The notes: generated from the letters alone by a model not told the origin. A stretch of 64,000 bases of DNA from Candidatus Rifleibacteriota bacterium (GCA_017417215.1 JAFPZP010000062.1:11604-75603); one strand, 5' to 3'; positions 55,407 to 64,000 are shown, numbered from the stretch's first letter. Made by a program: numbers and translations.

Positions 55407-55851
55407 TTACAAAACCCCTTAAAGTATATGATAAATCACGACCTTCTTTGCTTTTATAATCAATGGTTAATGAAACAATTCGCCCTATTACTACTTCATC
55501 ACTAAAACTTTCTTTAACATCTAAGGTGAAAAGATATAGTTTAGGCATTAAATAATCATCAAAAATCCCTAAGTTTATATCTATAGAAGGTTCCTCACCC
55601 AAAGATATGACTCCACCAGACTGAAGATTAAATTCTTTCTCAACGCCCTCTTCTGGTAAATAACTAAATGTATTATTGTTCTCAATTTGTTCCAATACTT
55701 CAATAGCAATCTGACTTATTTTGATTTCATCAGCAGAACGAATAACCTGTTGATGAGATGAACCCATCAAACCCCAAAGAGGTATAATTGCGACCAAAAA
55801 GACGGCAATAGCTATAAGTATTTCTATAAGTGTGATAGCTTTCCTGCTCAT
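55393..55851 (-). CDS. Pseudopilin / type IV pilin-like protein
   Basis: SRKA-ITLIEILIAIAVFLVAIIPL with Glu+5. 152 aa. Overlaps both neighbours. Confidence 0.8.
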   Translation of the reverse strand: MSRKAITLIEILIAIAVFLVAIIPLWGLMGSSHQQVIRSADEIKISQIAIEVLEQIENNNTFSYLPEEGVEKEFNLQSGGVISLGEEPSIDINLGIFDDYLMPKLYLFTLDVKESFSDEVVIGRIVSLTIDYKSKEGRDLSYTLRGFVSANN

Positions 55852-58088
55852 AAACCACCACCCTTAGGACCAAAAACAATTCCAAAATATTGGAAAAATT
55901 CATCCTTAGTGGGATCTAAGGCCAGATTATAAGCCAAACAACCACCTTTATTAGGAATATTATCAGGACTAAATTCTTTTACGGCCATACCCCCTATAAT
56001 AGAAAGAGGGTAATCTTTTCTAAGTGCTTTAACAGTTCCACCTTCACCTAAGGCAATAAGATATGCTCTAACTTCTGATTTTCCTCCATTATCTACACTT
56101 ATTGCACCATTTTCAGCCAACAGCAATAATGGAGAATTATTAGCATCTTTATTATTAGTTAAAAAATTACCAACAGTTATAGGTCCCTTACTAAAAATTG
56201 CACCAGGAGTATTAATATTTAAATTTTTTAAAATAAGAGAACCACTATCTGGAGATAATTTATAAACACAATTATTTAGATTTAAATCAGAAGAATTTGA
56301 TTTAGAACCAAAACAACTTCTTAAAATCTGTCCAATACTTTCAGATTCACCAGTTATTTCATAACAGGTTCTTAAAGAAAGCCCAAAAGTAGAATCGTCT
56401 ATGTCAGCAATTTTAGGAACTTCCATATTCATAACCTTACTAGGCAGGATTCCACTTGGGAATTTTGAAGAAAAATTACTGTTCTGAGGTAAAAATCTTA
56501 AATCTGTAATCTTAGGCACAGAACTAGTAGGTGGAATATTAACATTTTCATCATCATTAGAATATTGAGCAATAATATCGTAGGTTTCATCCATATCACG
56601 ATATGTAGCTTTACTCATAACAGTATAATAATCAGCTCCAGAATCACCACTGACCTCATAGGGCAATTCATTAAAGTAACTTTGAATTTCTTTTGCCCAA
56701 CCATTATCATTATCACTTTCAAAATCATAACCACCTGAAAAATAAAGATTATTTTCAAAAGTGAATTTTTCATCAGCAATATCTCTTTTGCCTTTTTTTT
56801 GTAATTCATCATACTCTTCACCTGATAATCCTATAACAGCAGCAAAAATAGAATCAACAGTATCTGAATCAGAATTCTCCGGTAATAAATAACCTATTTC
56901 CAGATAACGATCACTAACATTACCTATAACCCTAGTTATTGTTGGAACTATATCTTTGGGTTTGTTACTAGTAGAAACTTCCATATCACTAAATAAATGT
57001 AAGCTGGAACTATTCCAATAAACTTTATTAGACTCAATATCAGGATTAAACATTTCGTATTCTGATTTTAAAATTGTTTTCCAGGAATTTTGAGAAGAAT
57101 TCTTTGTTAATGAATCAGAAAAACCCCAATATGCACGTCTGAACCCTAGAGTTTCACCTTTATATTGATGATTACTCCAACCGTCACCATTAGGGAAATT
57201 AAGCATTAAAGATATAGGTTCACCCATTCTTGGGTAAGAAAAAAATCTTTGACCATATTTTTTATCACCACGAGCTCTATTTAAAGTAAGCCCGTTTCCA
57301 CCAACATATATCCAGCCTCTTTCTACCCAAACGTTATCTTTGGTATTGGGCTTAGTAGAACCGTTGTCAAAGAGTAAAGGCTCTCTTCCATTAACAGATT
57401 CGCAATTATCACTACTTATAGAAATTGTATTGAAACTAAAAGCATTATCTGGACCATCTTTCCAATAAAAATTAAATTTTGTAATTGGTACAGGGAAAGG
57501 GAAAACTACTTTAAATGGTCTTGTTTCTTGCCATATTCCGCAACTTTTACCTATTTTTACACTTACTCTGAGTGTCAATCTTCCGACTTTTTCACCGTCA
57601 AAGAAAAATACATTACTACTCATTCCCTTAGAATTCCTTACACTATCTAAGGAATTAATATCTGAAAATCCTACTTCAACCTCACAGTCAATCCCTTCAG
57701 TGCCTGTAGTCCCCTCTAATATAGATTTACAAATACCTTTACAATCAATATTATTAAGCCATTCTTTTTCAAAACGTTCTTTTAATTTATATTGGTCATT
57801 ACATTCATAGAATATTTTACGTAATGATTGCCCAGATGAACTTGTAAATTCATTATTATCATGCAAATCGTTTAACAAATGAGTAAAAATATATTTACAA
57901 ACAGATTGAGAACACTTAGTAGCACGAACATGCTTTAATATTTCACGACTTTCATTAAATTTTCCTCTAACCAAATAATTATAAGAGGTCACTAAAAGCG
58001 TGAGAACCAATATAGCACCAATAACAACAAACATTATAATGCCTTTTCTGTTATTGAATCTATATCTAAGAAACTTTTGTCCTGTCAT
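55848..58088 (-). CDS. Large PilX/GspK-like protein (single N-terminal TM, no methylation motif)
   Basis: NNRKGIIMFVVIGAILVLTLLVTSYNYL resembles the PilX_N/GspK N-terminus. The remaining 700 aa are hydrophilic. ATGA overlaps at both ends. Confidence 0.55.
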   Translation of the reverse strand: MTGQKFLRYRFNNRKGIIMFVVIGAILVLTLLVTSYNYLVRGKFNESREILKHVRATKCSQSVCKYIFTHLLNDLHDNNEFTSSSGQSLRKIFYECNDQYKLKERFEKEWLNNIDCKGICKSILEGTTGTEGIDCEVEVGFSDINSLDSVRNSKGMSSNVFFFDGEKVGRLTLRVSVKIGKSCGIWQETRPFKVVFPFPVPITKFNFYWKDGPDNAFSFNTISISSDNCESVNGREPLLFDNGSTKPNTKDNVWVERGWIYVGGNGLTLNRARGDKKYGQRFFSYPRMGEPISLMLNFPNGDGWSNHQYKGETLGFRRAYWGFSDSLTKNSSQNSWKTILKSEYEMFNPDIESNKVYWNSSSLHLFSDMEVSTSNKPKDIVPTITRVIGNVSDRYLEIGYLLPENSDSDTVDSIFAAVIGLSGEEYDELQKKGKRDIADEKFTFENNLYFSGGYDFESDNDNGWAKEIQSYFNELPYEVSGDSGADYYTVMSKATYRDMDETYDIIAQYSNDDENVNIPPTSSVPKITDLRFLPQNSNFSSKFPSGILPSKVMNMEVPKIADIDDSTFGLSLRTCYEITGESESIGQILRSCFGSKSNSSDLNLNNCVYKLSPDSGSLILKNLNINTPGAIFSKGPITVGNFLTNNKDANNSPLLLLAENGAISVDNGGKSEVRAYLIALGEGGTVKALRKDYPLSIIGGMAVKEFSPDNIPNKGGCLAYNLALDPTKDEFFQYFGIVFGPKGGGL

Positions 58089-59128
58089 TCTGATTTACTC
58101 CCATCTTTTGATAGAGTTTCAGAATTTTTTTCTAACCAACGTCTAGTCCCTTCATGAAATGGCACTCCAGTTTCTCTTAAAACTCTTAGAACAGCATCAG
58201 AATCAGAAGGAACTGTTGCAAAAACTTTGAATCTTCCTTTTAGTTTTGGACAGCCTTTTATTAGCATTTCTGTAACATATTCAACTAAATCAGCAGGGGT
58301 ATCTGAAGTAGTAACCAATATATTTGGTAAAGCTATAGTATTAATTTCAGGCTGGTTTTCATCATAATATCCAGCAGGAATAGTAAATTCTACTGAAGTA
58401 GACACATTATTCAAAATAGTCTGTGTTTGTTCTTTTGTGAAATTAACCAAACCACAATGATAAAATACAATAGAATCAGACACTGTTCTATTAGGAATCC
58501 CAGCCTGAATCATTGCAAAACCTAAGCGAGCATCCCCTATCATTCCTAATACTTTATCTGTAGATACATTAGCAAATCGATTACCCTTTATATCTAAAGA
58601 CATAAATATTTCATTAGTGGTTCTTTCTGTAGATGATTTTTTCTGTCCAGCAAACCCTTTTATATCACCTGGGAAAACATAATTCGGAGTCAGATCTGAA
58701 GGAGGTTTTATCATCTGAACCACATCAAACCATAGAGGCCAAACCACTCGTAATTTTTTATTTTTCAAATAAGACTCTTTTGCTATTCTAGCTTCAACCA
58801 TGCCGAATTGAATACGGTTAGTCAGAAGCAAATTAATATTATCTACAGAACCATTTGTTTTAAAAGCCTTAAAAGCACCGCCTTTTTTATCTAAGTTATC
58901 GTTGAACCATTTTTCAAGCATTTGACCAGCCGGAAAATATGTTCCCAATGGATTTCCAGTTCCGATAACATAATTAGAAGAAGAAAACAAATTAGGAGGT
59001 AATGGAACTTCTGTCTTTTCTTCTTCTCTATCTTCAGATATGCGAATTAAAGCCATAGTAGTTATGGCTATTAGCACAAATACCAATAACCAGATTACTA
59101 CTTTTATATTGTTATTCTTTTTACTCAT
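58085..59128 (-). CDS. TAXI-family TRAP-type solute-binding-like protein, membrane anchored
   Basis: N-terminal TM IKVVIWLLVFVLIAITTMALI. TAXI blocks VIGTGNPLGTYFPAGQML, NRIQFGMVEARIA, GFAGQKKSSTERTTNEIF, GVPFHEGTRRWLEKN. Confidence 0.75.
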   Translation of the reverse strand: MSKKNNNIKVVIWLLVFVLIAITTMALIRISEDREEEKTEVPLPPNLFSSSNYVIGTGNPLGTYFPAGQMLEKWFNDNLDKKGGAFKAFKTNGSVDNINLLLTNRIQFGMVEARIAKESYLKNKKLRVVWPLWFDVVQMIKPPSDLTPNYVFPGDIKGFAGQKKSSTERTTNEIFMSLDIKGNRFANVSTDKVLGMIGDARLGFAMIQAGIPNRTVSDSIVFYHCGLVNFTKEQTQTILNNVSTSVEFTIPAGYYDENQPEINTIALPNILVTTSDTPADLVEYVTEMLIKGCPKLKGRFKVFATVPSDSDAVLRVLRETGVPFHEGTRRWLEKNSETLSKDGSKSE

Positions 59129-59260
59129 TAATATAACTACTTATAATTATTTTAACCCTATACATTCTATATTATCAACTATTAGATTCAAAGATTATTA
59201 AGAAGAATAATTTAACTTGACATAAAATTTAAAAAAAATATTTTTTAATACAGTTTAATC

Positions 59261-59289
59261 TTGCGAAAGAACTGCCGATGTTATAAAAT
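59261..59289 (+). promoter_or_regulatory. Candidate promoter for 59318..60283
   Basis: TTGCGA-17 nt-TAAAAT, ending about 29 nt upstream of the ATG at 59318. Confidence 0.35.
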
Positions 59290-59317
59290 ATATATACATA
59301 TTCGAAGGTGGAGTGGA

Positions 59318-60283
59318 ATGAAGAAATACGAAAAAATACTATTAGCAACGGTATTTTTAAGCTTGCTTCCTGTTACTAGTCTTTTTGCTTTATCTAAAGA
59401 AGCGACAGAAATTATTGAAGCTATGCGTATACGTCTTCGCCTTGCAGAAACACTGCAACAACCGGCAGCGCAAGTTGCTCCTACCAAAAAAGTATCTGAC
59501 GATGAATATGTACCAGGTCGTGAACTTTCTGCAGCTTTAGCAAAAGTTAGACGCGAAAGATACGATGCAGAAAATAGAGTTAGACGAACTTCTCATAAGG
59601 TTGCTGTTGAAGAAGCAACTAGAGAAAAAGGCAACACTCCAATAGTAGCAATAGACGACCCCAAAGAAGAACAATCAACTAATACTCAAGGAATAATCAT
59701 TGATGCTGTTCCTGCTCAAACCGAAGAAAAAGTTGTAGCAGAAAAAGAAGTTGTCGAAGATGTTCCTCAAACTTCTCAACCTCAAGAAGTAAAAGAAGAT
59801 AATTCTTCTGATGAGCTAATAATAATTGAAGCAATGGAAGCTGACGACTCTGAAGCTTGGGCAATTCCGATTTACGAAAACAATCAGAATAACAGTCAAT
59901 CAGATAATATTGCTAACAAATCAAAAAAAGCAGATACAAAAGAATATGTTCCTGGTCAGCTTTTACAGCAATCTGTTAAGAGAATCAGACATAGCAGAAG
60001 ACGCAATACCCCAGCAAGTGCAGAACTTGATACTGCTATCGAAGATTACGAAAAACGCTTAGCTAATAAAAGAGCTAGAAATTCTAAAGAAGTAATTGAA
60101 AATGCTAATGATGAAATAGAAGAACTATTTAATAATTCTGAAAAGCGCAGTTCATTAGCTGAAAGAGAACGAAGCAAAGCCACTTCTGATGAAGATGATC
60201 AAATAGACGATGATCAGTTCAATGATTATATCAGTAAGTATAATTTTAAAATGCCAGAAAATTACAGAATTATAGTTGAATAA
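59318..60283 (+). CDS. Secreted highly charged low-complexity protein
   Basis: ATG 59318 has GGTGGAGTGG upstream and gives the signal peptide MKKYEKILLATVFLSLLPVTSLFA. The ORF-track TTG at 59261 coincides with a -35-like hexamer. Internal duplicated motif EYVPG(R/Q)xL...R(R/H)xR. Confidence 0.6.
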   Translation: MKKYEKILLATVFLSLLPVTSLFALSKEATEIIEAMRIRLRLAETLQQPAAQVAPTKKVSDDEYVPGRELSAALAKVRRERYDAENRVRRTSHKVAVEEATREKGNTPIVAIDDPKEEQSTNTQGIIIDAVPAQTEEKVVAEKEVVEDVPQTSQPQEVKEDNSSDELIIIEAMEADDSEAWAIPIYENNQNNSQSDNIANKSKKADTKEYVPGQLLQQSVKRIRHSRRRNTPASAELDTAIEDYEKRLANKRARNSKEVIENANDEIEELFNNSEKRSSLAERERSKATSDEDDQIDDDQFNDYISKYNFKMPENYRIIVE

Positions 60284-60294
60284 AGTAAGTAAAT

Positions 60295-60328
60295 AAAAAA
60301 GCCTGCGATTAAATCGCAGGCTTTTTTA
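60295..60328. terminator. Bidirectional intrinsic terminator between convergent genes
   Basis: aaaaaaGCCTGCGAT-taa-ATCGCAGGCtttttt. Confidence 0.75.
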
Positions 60329-60340
60329 TTTTAGCTTAAA

Positions 60341-60371
60341 CTCTCTCTTCAATCTTATATCTTATATCTTA
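60341..60371 (-). repeat. Second copy of the stop-codon-linked heptad element: TAA-GATATAA-GATATAA-GATTGAA-GAGAGAG
   Basis: The first 19 nt (TAAGATATAAGATATAAGA) are identical to the element at 53580-53598. It begins with the cyclase stop codon. Confidence 0.75.
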
Positions 60372-62660
60372 AAATATTGGCATACCACACTTAGTGCAGA
60401 ATTTTTCCTGAGGAGGATTTTCCTGACCACAATTAGAACAAGCAATCATTTTAACCTCTTCAATCTGAATATTCTGTTTCATATCTTCTTCTTTCATATT
60501 AGGTGGCAGATTATTAAGAGGTTTATTTTCATTAGAAGATTTCTTTGGTTTTTCACTTACCAATGAAGTTGCTAAATGTCCAACATCTTTTCCTATAACC
60601 TGAGTCATATCAACACCATCTTTAACCTTCAAAACACAGAATATTTCGATAGGCATTGATTTACCTTTAACCATTATTGACTCGCGCTGTTCAATATCGA
60701 AGTAATCCTTAACCCTTTCATAGGTTGCTCTTGTAATATACATTTCCATACCTTTGGCCTGAGCCATGATACGAGCAGCAAGGTTAACATTATCTCCGAT
60801 AACTGTATAAGAAAGAGCTTTTTCAGACCCCATATACCCGGCTGTAACTATACCAGTATTAACTCCAACCCCAATTTGAATTACAGGTTTTCCTTCTTTT
60901 TTCCAAACCTCTTGAAGTTCTCTAAGAGCATCTAGCATACGAACGCCACATAGAACAGCTCTGATAGGGTCATCATCTCTTGCAACAGGAGCGCCAAACA
61001 AAGCCATCAATTCATCGCCTACGTATTTATCCAGTGTTCCATCTAGTTCCATTAGAATATCTGTCATTCTTGTGAAGTAAACGTTCAATTGTTCAACTAT
61101 GTCTGTTGGGTCCATATTTTCAGACATCTTAGTAAAACCACGAATATCAGAGAAGAAACAGGATACTTCACATTTTTTACCACCAAGTTTCAATGCAGAG
61201 GGGTCAGACATGATCATTTCAGCAACTGCAGGAGAAACGATACGGTTCAAGCTTCCTCTCAACTGCTCATTCTGTCTTAATTGGTCTTCGCTAAGCTTTT
61301 GAGCTGAAACCAAGTCATCCATTGTTGCTGAATATAATTTTGCATTTTTCATAACCAAGCCGGCTACATCAGCGCAAGTTGTAAGCAAGTTCTGGTCATC
61401 TCTCGTATAGTCTGGATTATTCATTTCTTCAACATTCAGAATAGCAAACAACTTACCTTCTGCATAAATTGGAGCAGCTAATATAGTATTCAATACGCCT
61501 TTTCCTATCAAACCCTTCATCTGGGGATCCATTTCACATTCTTTAACCCCAAAAGCACCAGCTCCACCTGTAACTTCATTAATCTTCTGATCTAACAGAT
61601 GAGTTATCATACTGACTTCTTCATAAGGAACTTCGAAGTTTTTATATTCTGAAGGCTTCATACCAGTAGCTTTAACTATACGTAACTTACCTTCTTTTTC
61701 GTCATTTAAAAGAAGCTGAACTTTCTTGGCATCAAGCCCTTTTGTAATAATTTCTACTGTATTTGCAAATATCTGGTCACGATCAAGGCTTTTAGTAAGG
61801 TTTTTAATACGCATAAGCGTTGTAGTAAGACGCATAGACCTTTTATTAAAGTCTTCACGCATTTCCCTAACTTCACGTTCCATACGTTCTTCGTTAGTTT
61901 CTGTGGTTTCTTTCCCTTGGGCTTTTCCATCTTTATCGTTAGCCTTATTATTTGCTTTGGCTACGCCAGGCACACCTATATCTTTATTCTCAGATTCTTT
62001 TTTCACTCCAAGCGCAGCATCAAATTCAGATGCATTTTTTTTATTCTTAGCATCCATTTCTGCACGATATTTTGCTGCAAGAGCAGGGTCAACTCTAGCC
62101 TTAAGATTTCCATCAGAACCGGTTACCTTACCTGTAGTATCTGCAGAGACCCCAACACCATTCTTTTTTAGGTTATCAAACTTTACATAAAGGAATAAAA
62201 GGAATCCAGCTGTAAAAAGTACCATAATTGAATACGGGTCCCAGTATTCTTCTAACTTAGTAGGTTTAACTTTAATCAGAATAGTTGCTCCTGCCATTAA
62301 AATAGGCAGTGCAAACCCTAAAAAGGCTATTGCATATTGTTCGCCTAAAATGCCGAGAAATCCTGCAATAGCAAATACATAAAAATATGAAAAATAGCTC
62401 TGAATTGAAGTGAATTTTTTAGGGAGCTTATTTAAAAAAATTACTACTGAGACTGCTGTAACTAACAGACTTCCTACTAAACAAGACAGATCAGTCAGTT
62501 TTTTCTTAGAATTTGCATCGGATACAGCAGCTTTTACTGGATTAGGTTTATCTAAATCTTTTGCATTACTTGCACTAGGTGGTTGTTTGGCTGAAGAATC
62601 TTTTTTATCTTCAGGCTTTTTTGGAGCTTCTGATTTTTCTGTTTTTTTTACTTCAGCCAT
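60369..62660 (-). CDS. Membrane-bound class III adenylate/guanylate cyclase with GAF domain and C-terminal zinc ribbon
   Basis: K-rich N-terminus, 4-5 TM helices, coiled coil, GAF-like region. Cyclase blocks VSCFFSDIRGFTKMSE, LDKYVGDELMALFGAP, GVNTGIVTAGYMGS...YTVIGDNVNLAARI. Tail CSNCGQENPPQEKFCTKCG. Confidence 0.85.
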   Translation of the reverse strand: MAEVKKTEKSEAPKKPEDKKDSSAKQPPSASNAKDLDKPNPVKAAVSDANSKKKLTDLSCLVGSLLVTAVSVVIFLNKLPKKFTSIQSYFSYFYVFAIAGFLGILGEQYAIAFLGFALPILMAGATILIKVKPTKLEEYWDPYSIMVLFTAGFLLFLYVKFDNLKKNGVGVSADTTGKVTGSDGNLKARVDPALAAKYRAEMDAKNKKNASEFDAALGVKKESENKDIGVPGVAKANNKANDKDGKAQGKETTETNEERMEREVREMREDFNKRSMRLTTTLMRIKNLTKSLDRDQIFANTVEIITKGLDAKKVQLLLNDEKEGKLRIVKATGMKPSEYKNFEVPYEEVSMITHLLDQKINEVTGGAGAFGVKECEMDPQMKGLIGKGVLNTILAAPIYAEGKLFAILNVEEMNNPDYTRDDQNLLTTCADVAGLVMKNAKLYSATMDDLVSAQKLSEDQLRQNEQLRGSLNRIVSPAVAEMIMSDPSALKLGGKKCEVSCFFSDIRGFTKMSENMDPTDIVEQLNVYFTRMTDILMELDGTLDKYVGDELMALFGAPVARDDDPIRAVLCGVRMLDALRELQEVWKKEGKPVIQIGVGVNTGIVTAGYMGSEKALSYTVIGDNVNLAARIMAQAKGMEMYITRATYERVKDYFDIEQRESIMVKGKSMPIEIFCVLKVKDGVDMTQVIGKDVGHLATSLVSEKPKKSSNENKPLNNLPPNMKEEDMKQNIQIEEVKMIACSNCGQENPPQEKFCTKCGMPIF

Positions 62661-62668
62661 TTTTTAGT

Positions 62669-64000
62669 TTAGTTAGTACTACCAGAAGTGACTTCTGTCA
62701 TCAAACAATCTGCTGTATAGCTTCCAGCAGTCATTCTAGAAAGAAGTTCTTCTGCATCATTAGATTTTCCTTCTAAACAAAGCAGATGACCATACCATGC
62801 AACAGCTTTACCAGTGTGGCTTTTATCTTTTAAACATTCACTAGCAAGTTTAAAAGCCTGATCTTTATTGCCTTCAGAAAAAGCAACCATAGAATTAACT
62901 GTATTCTGATAAGGAATACACTTACCGTTGCCTTTCAGAGTTTCAACCATAGTTTTCCATTTCTGCATAGCTTGTTTTGCATTCATTTTACTGTCTAATT
63001 CTGCGATATCAGTCAATACAATCAATTTTATAAGCAAAGACTTAGAACAATTTAATGCCTTATTAAAGTTTATATGAGCCTGAACATTGTCTTTAACATT
63101 TAAGCAGCATCGAGCTAATACTAGAAGTGAAATAGCTACTTCATCAGCATTCATTGACTTTGCTCTATCGGCAGATATTGAATTAACAAGTTTATAGGCT
63201 ATTGGGAAATCACCTTTTTCCGTTTTTAACCAGGCTTCCCATACCTGACCTATTTCATAGTGGCTTGTTCCTTGATAAATCTGATAATAATCATTTATAT
63301 TTTTGGCAGCAGTTTCATATTCTTCATTACATATCTGAGCAAATATCATTGCCTGCCAAAAAGATGGGAAAGTCTTCTGATAATCAGGAGTTAAAACCTT
63401 TTTCCCTAATGCTAAAGCAGAATCAATTTCTCCTTTAGATATAAAATTCCACATTTTGGTTTCCAAAATCTTTACATCTGTCAAACTCAGGTTTCCTTCT
63501 GATATACTAGAACTATCAATTTTTCCATCTAAAGAGAAACCAGCAACCTGAGACAACTTATAAAGCATCAGTTTACCAAATGGCATTATTAAAGCAGAAA
63601 GCAAACTGAAGAACATTCCTACCATAATATAAATAAATCTATGAGCAACATCTGTATTGGTTTGGAAAGAAACAACAAATAATCCAAAGAAGAAACAGAA
63701 GAGCCATAAACCAAGCAATTCATAACTGGCTGGGCGCATATTTTCTTTTAGCAGTTTAAAACATGGGAAAATCAAGAATAAAGATAATGCAATCAAATGA
63801 CTTGTTATGATTACCTTAGGCATAATCCAAATGCCATCATAAACATAACCATATGCATTACCAATAATAAAGGCTTTATAAACATCATCAATACAGAATA
63901 GATGAGATATAAAGAGTAATGTTACTCCGACTACAACAAAAACAAAGATATGCCAGAAAGATGTCTTTTTCCCTAAAGCAGAAGCAGTAAAACCTAATGC
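62669..64000 (-). CDS. Polytopic membrane protein with TPR-like C-terminal domain; 5' end beyond the window
   Basis: The frame stays open upstream of the ORF-track ATG (63823) to the window edge. Hand translation: ALGFTASALGKKTSFWHIFVFVVVGVTLLFISHLFCIDDVYKAFIIGNAYGYVYDGIWI-MPKV... The stop lies 8 nt before the cyclase start. Confidence 0.65.
   Translation of the reverse strand, partial: ALGFTASALGKKTSFWHIFVFVVVGVTLLFISHLFCIDDVYKAFIIGNAYGYVYDGIWIMPKVIITSHLIALSLFLIFPCFKLLKENMRPASYELLGLWLFCFFFGLFVVSFQTNTDVAHRFIYIMVGMFFSLLSALIMPFGKLMLYKLSQVAGFSLDGKIDSSSISEGNLSLTDVKILETKMWNFISKGEIDSALALGKKVLTPDYQKTFPSFWQAMIFAQICNEEYETAAKNINDYYQIYQGTSHYEIGQVWEAWLKTEKGDFPIAYKLVNSISADRAKSMNADEVAISLLVLARCCLNVKDNVQAHINFNKALNCSKSLLIKLIVLTDIAELDSKMNAKQAMQKWKTMVETLKGNGKCIPYQNTVNSMVAFSEGNKDQAFKLASECLKDKSHTGKAVAWYGHLLCLEGKSNDAEELLSRMTAGSYTADCLMTEVTSGSTN

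Noticed and set aside
59261-59317. ORF-track TTG start at 59261 for the secreted charged protein
   Set aside because: The extension (MRKNCRCYKIYIHIRRWSG) precedes a perfect signal peptide that begins at ATG 59318 and has a strong SD. The TTG coincides with a -35-like TTGCGA hexamer.
1-64000. Mobile element, prophage, CRISPR-Cas, retron/DGR or toxin-antitoxin style defence island
   Set aside because: I found no integrase, transposase, reverse transcriptase, Cas, nuclease-helicase pair, phage structural gene, tRNA attachment site or spacer-repeat array by reading the translations. The only AAA+ ATPases are MoxR-type, Ycf46-like and PilT.

Overview
AT-rich (about one-third G+C by eye), densely coding bacterial chromosomal segment with about 50 protein genes. 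I could not recognise any rRNA, tRNA, CRISPR array, transposase, integrase, reverse transcriptase or phage gene, so this does not look like a classical mobile or defence island. Gene content suggests an anaerobe with a Gram-negative-type envelope. Recognisable genes are the adhE 3' end, malic enzyme, CYTH protein, cysE, feoAB plus a DtxR-family repressor, a MATE pump, a secreted VanX-type dipeptidase, a LysM/SLT muramidase, a Ycf46-like AAA+ ATPase, and a 1441-aa double-activase/dehydratase-like fusion resembling the anaerobic plasmalogen synthase PlsA-PlsR. The most unusual feature is a roughly 20 kb uninterrupted minus-strand gene train (38878-59128). Many of its junctions are ATGA-type start/stop overlaps and I saw no hairpin terminators inside it. 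It strings together a membrane-anchored TAXI-type solute-binding-like protein, a PilX/GspK-like protein, two pseudopilins, a MoxR/DUF58/BatA/vWA module with an ABC-2 exporter embedded in it, a PilT retraction ATPase and a cNMP-binding/GAF protein. The usual pilus assembly genes are not present in the window. Other points worth a second look: (1) a 1015-codon sensor gene broken by one in-frame TGA; (2) tandem paralogous sensors whose SpoIIE/PP2C-like domains have lost the canonical metal-binding aspartates; (3) a 77-nt long-hairpin repeat present twice; (4) a G+C-rich, repeat-bearing, possibly structured non-coding island downstream of adhE; (5) a purine-rich heptad element shared by the 3' ends of two unrelated genes; (6) an orphan terminator in a divergent intergenic region; (7) three TTAG...CTAA palindromes upstream of feoA; (8) a near-perfect 24-bp tandem repeat encoding GGQSGQEG units. 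All calls rest on reading the sequence and ORF translations by eye. No database search was run.
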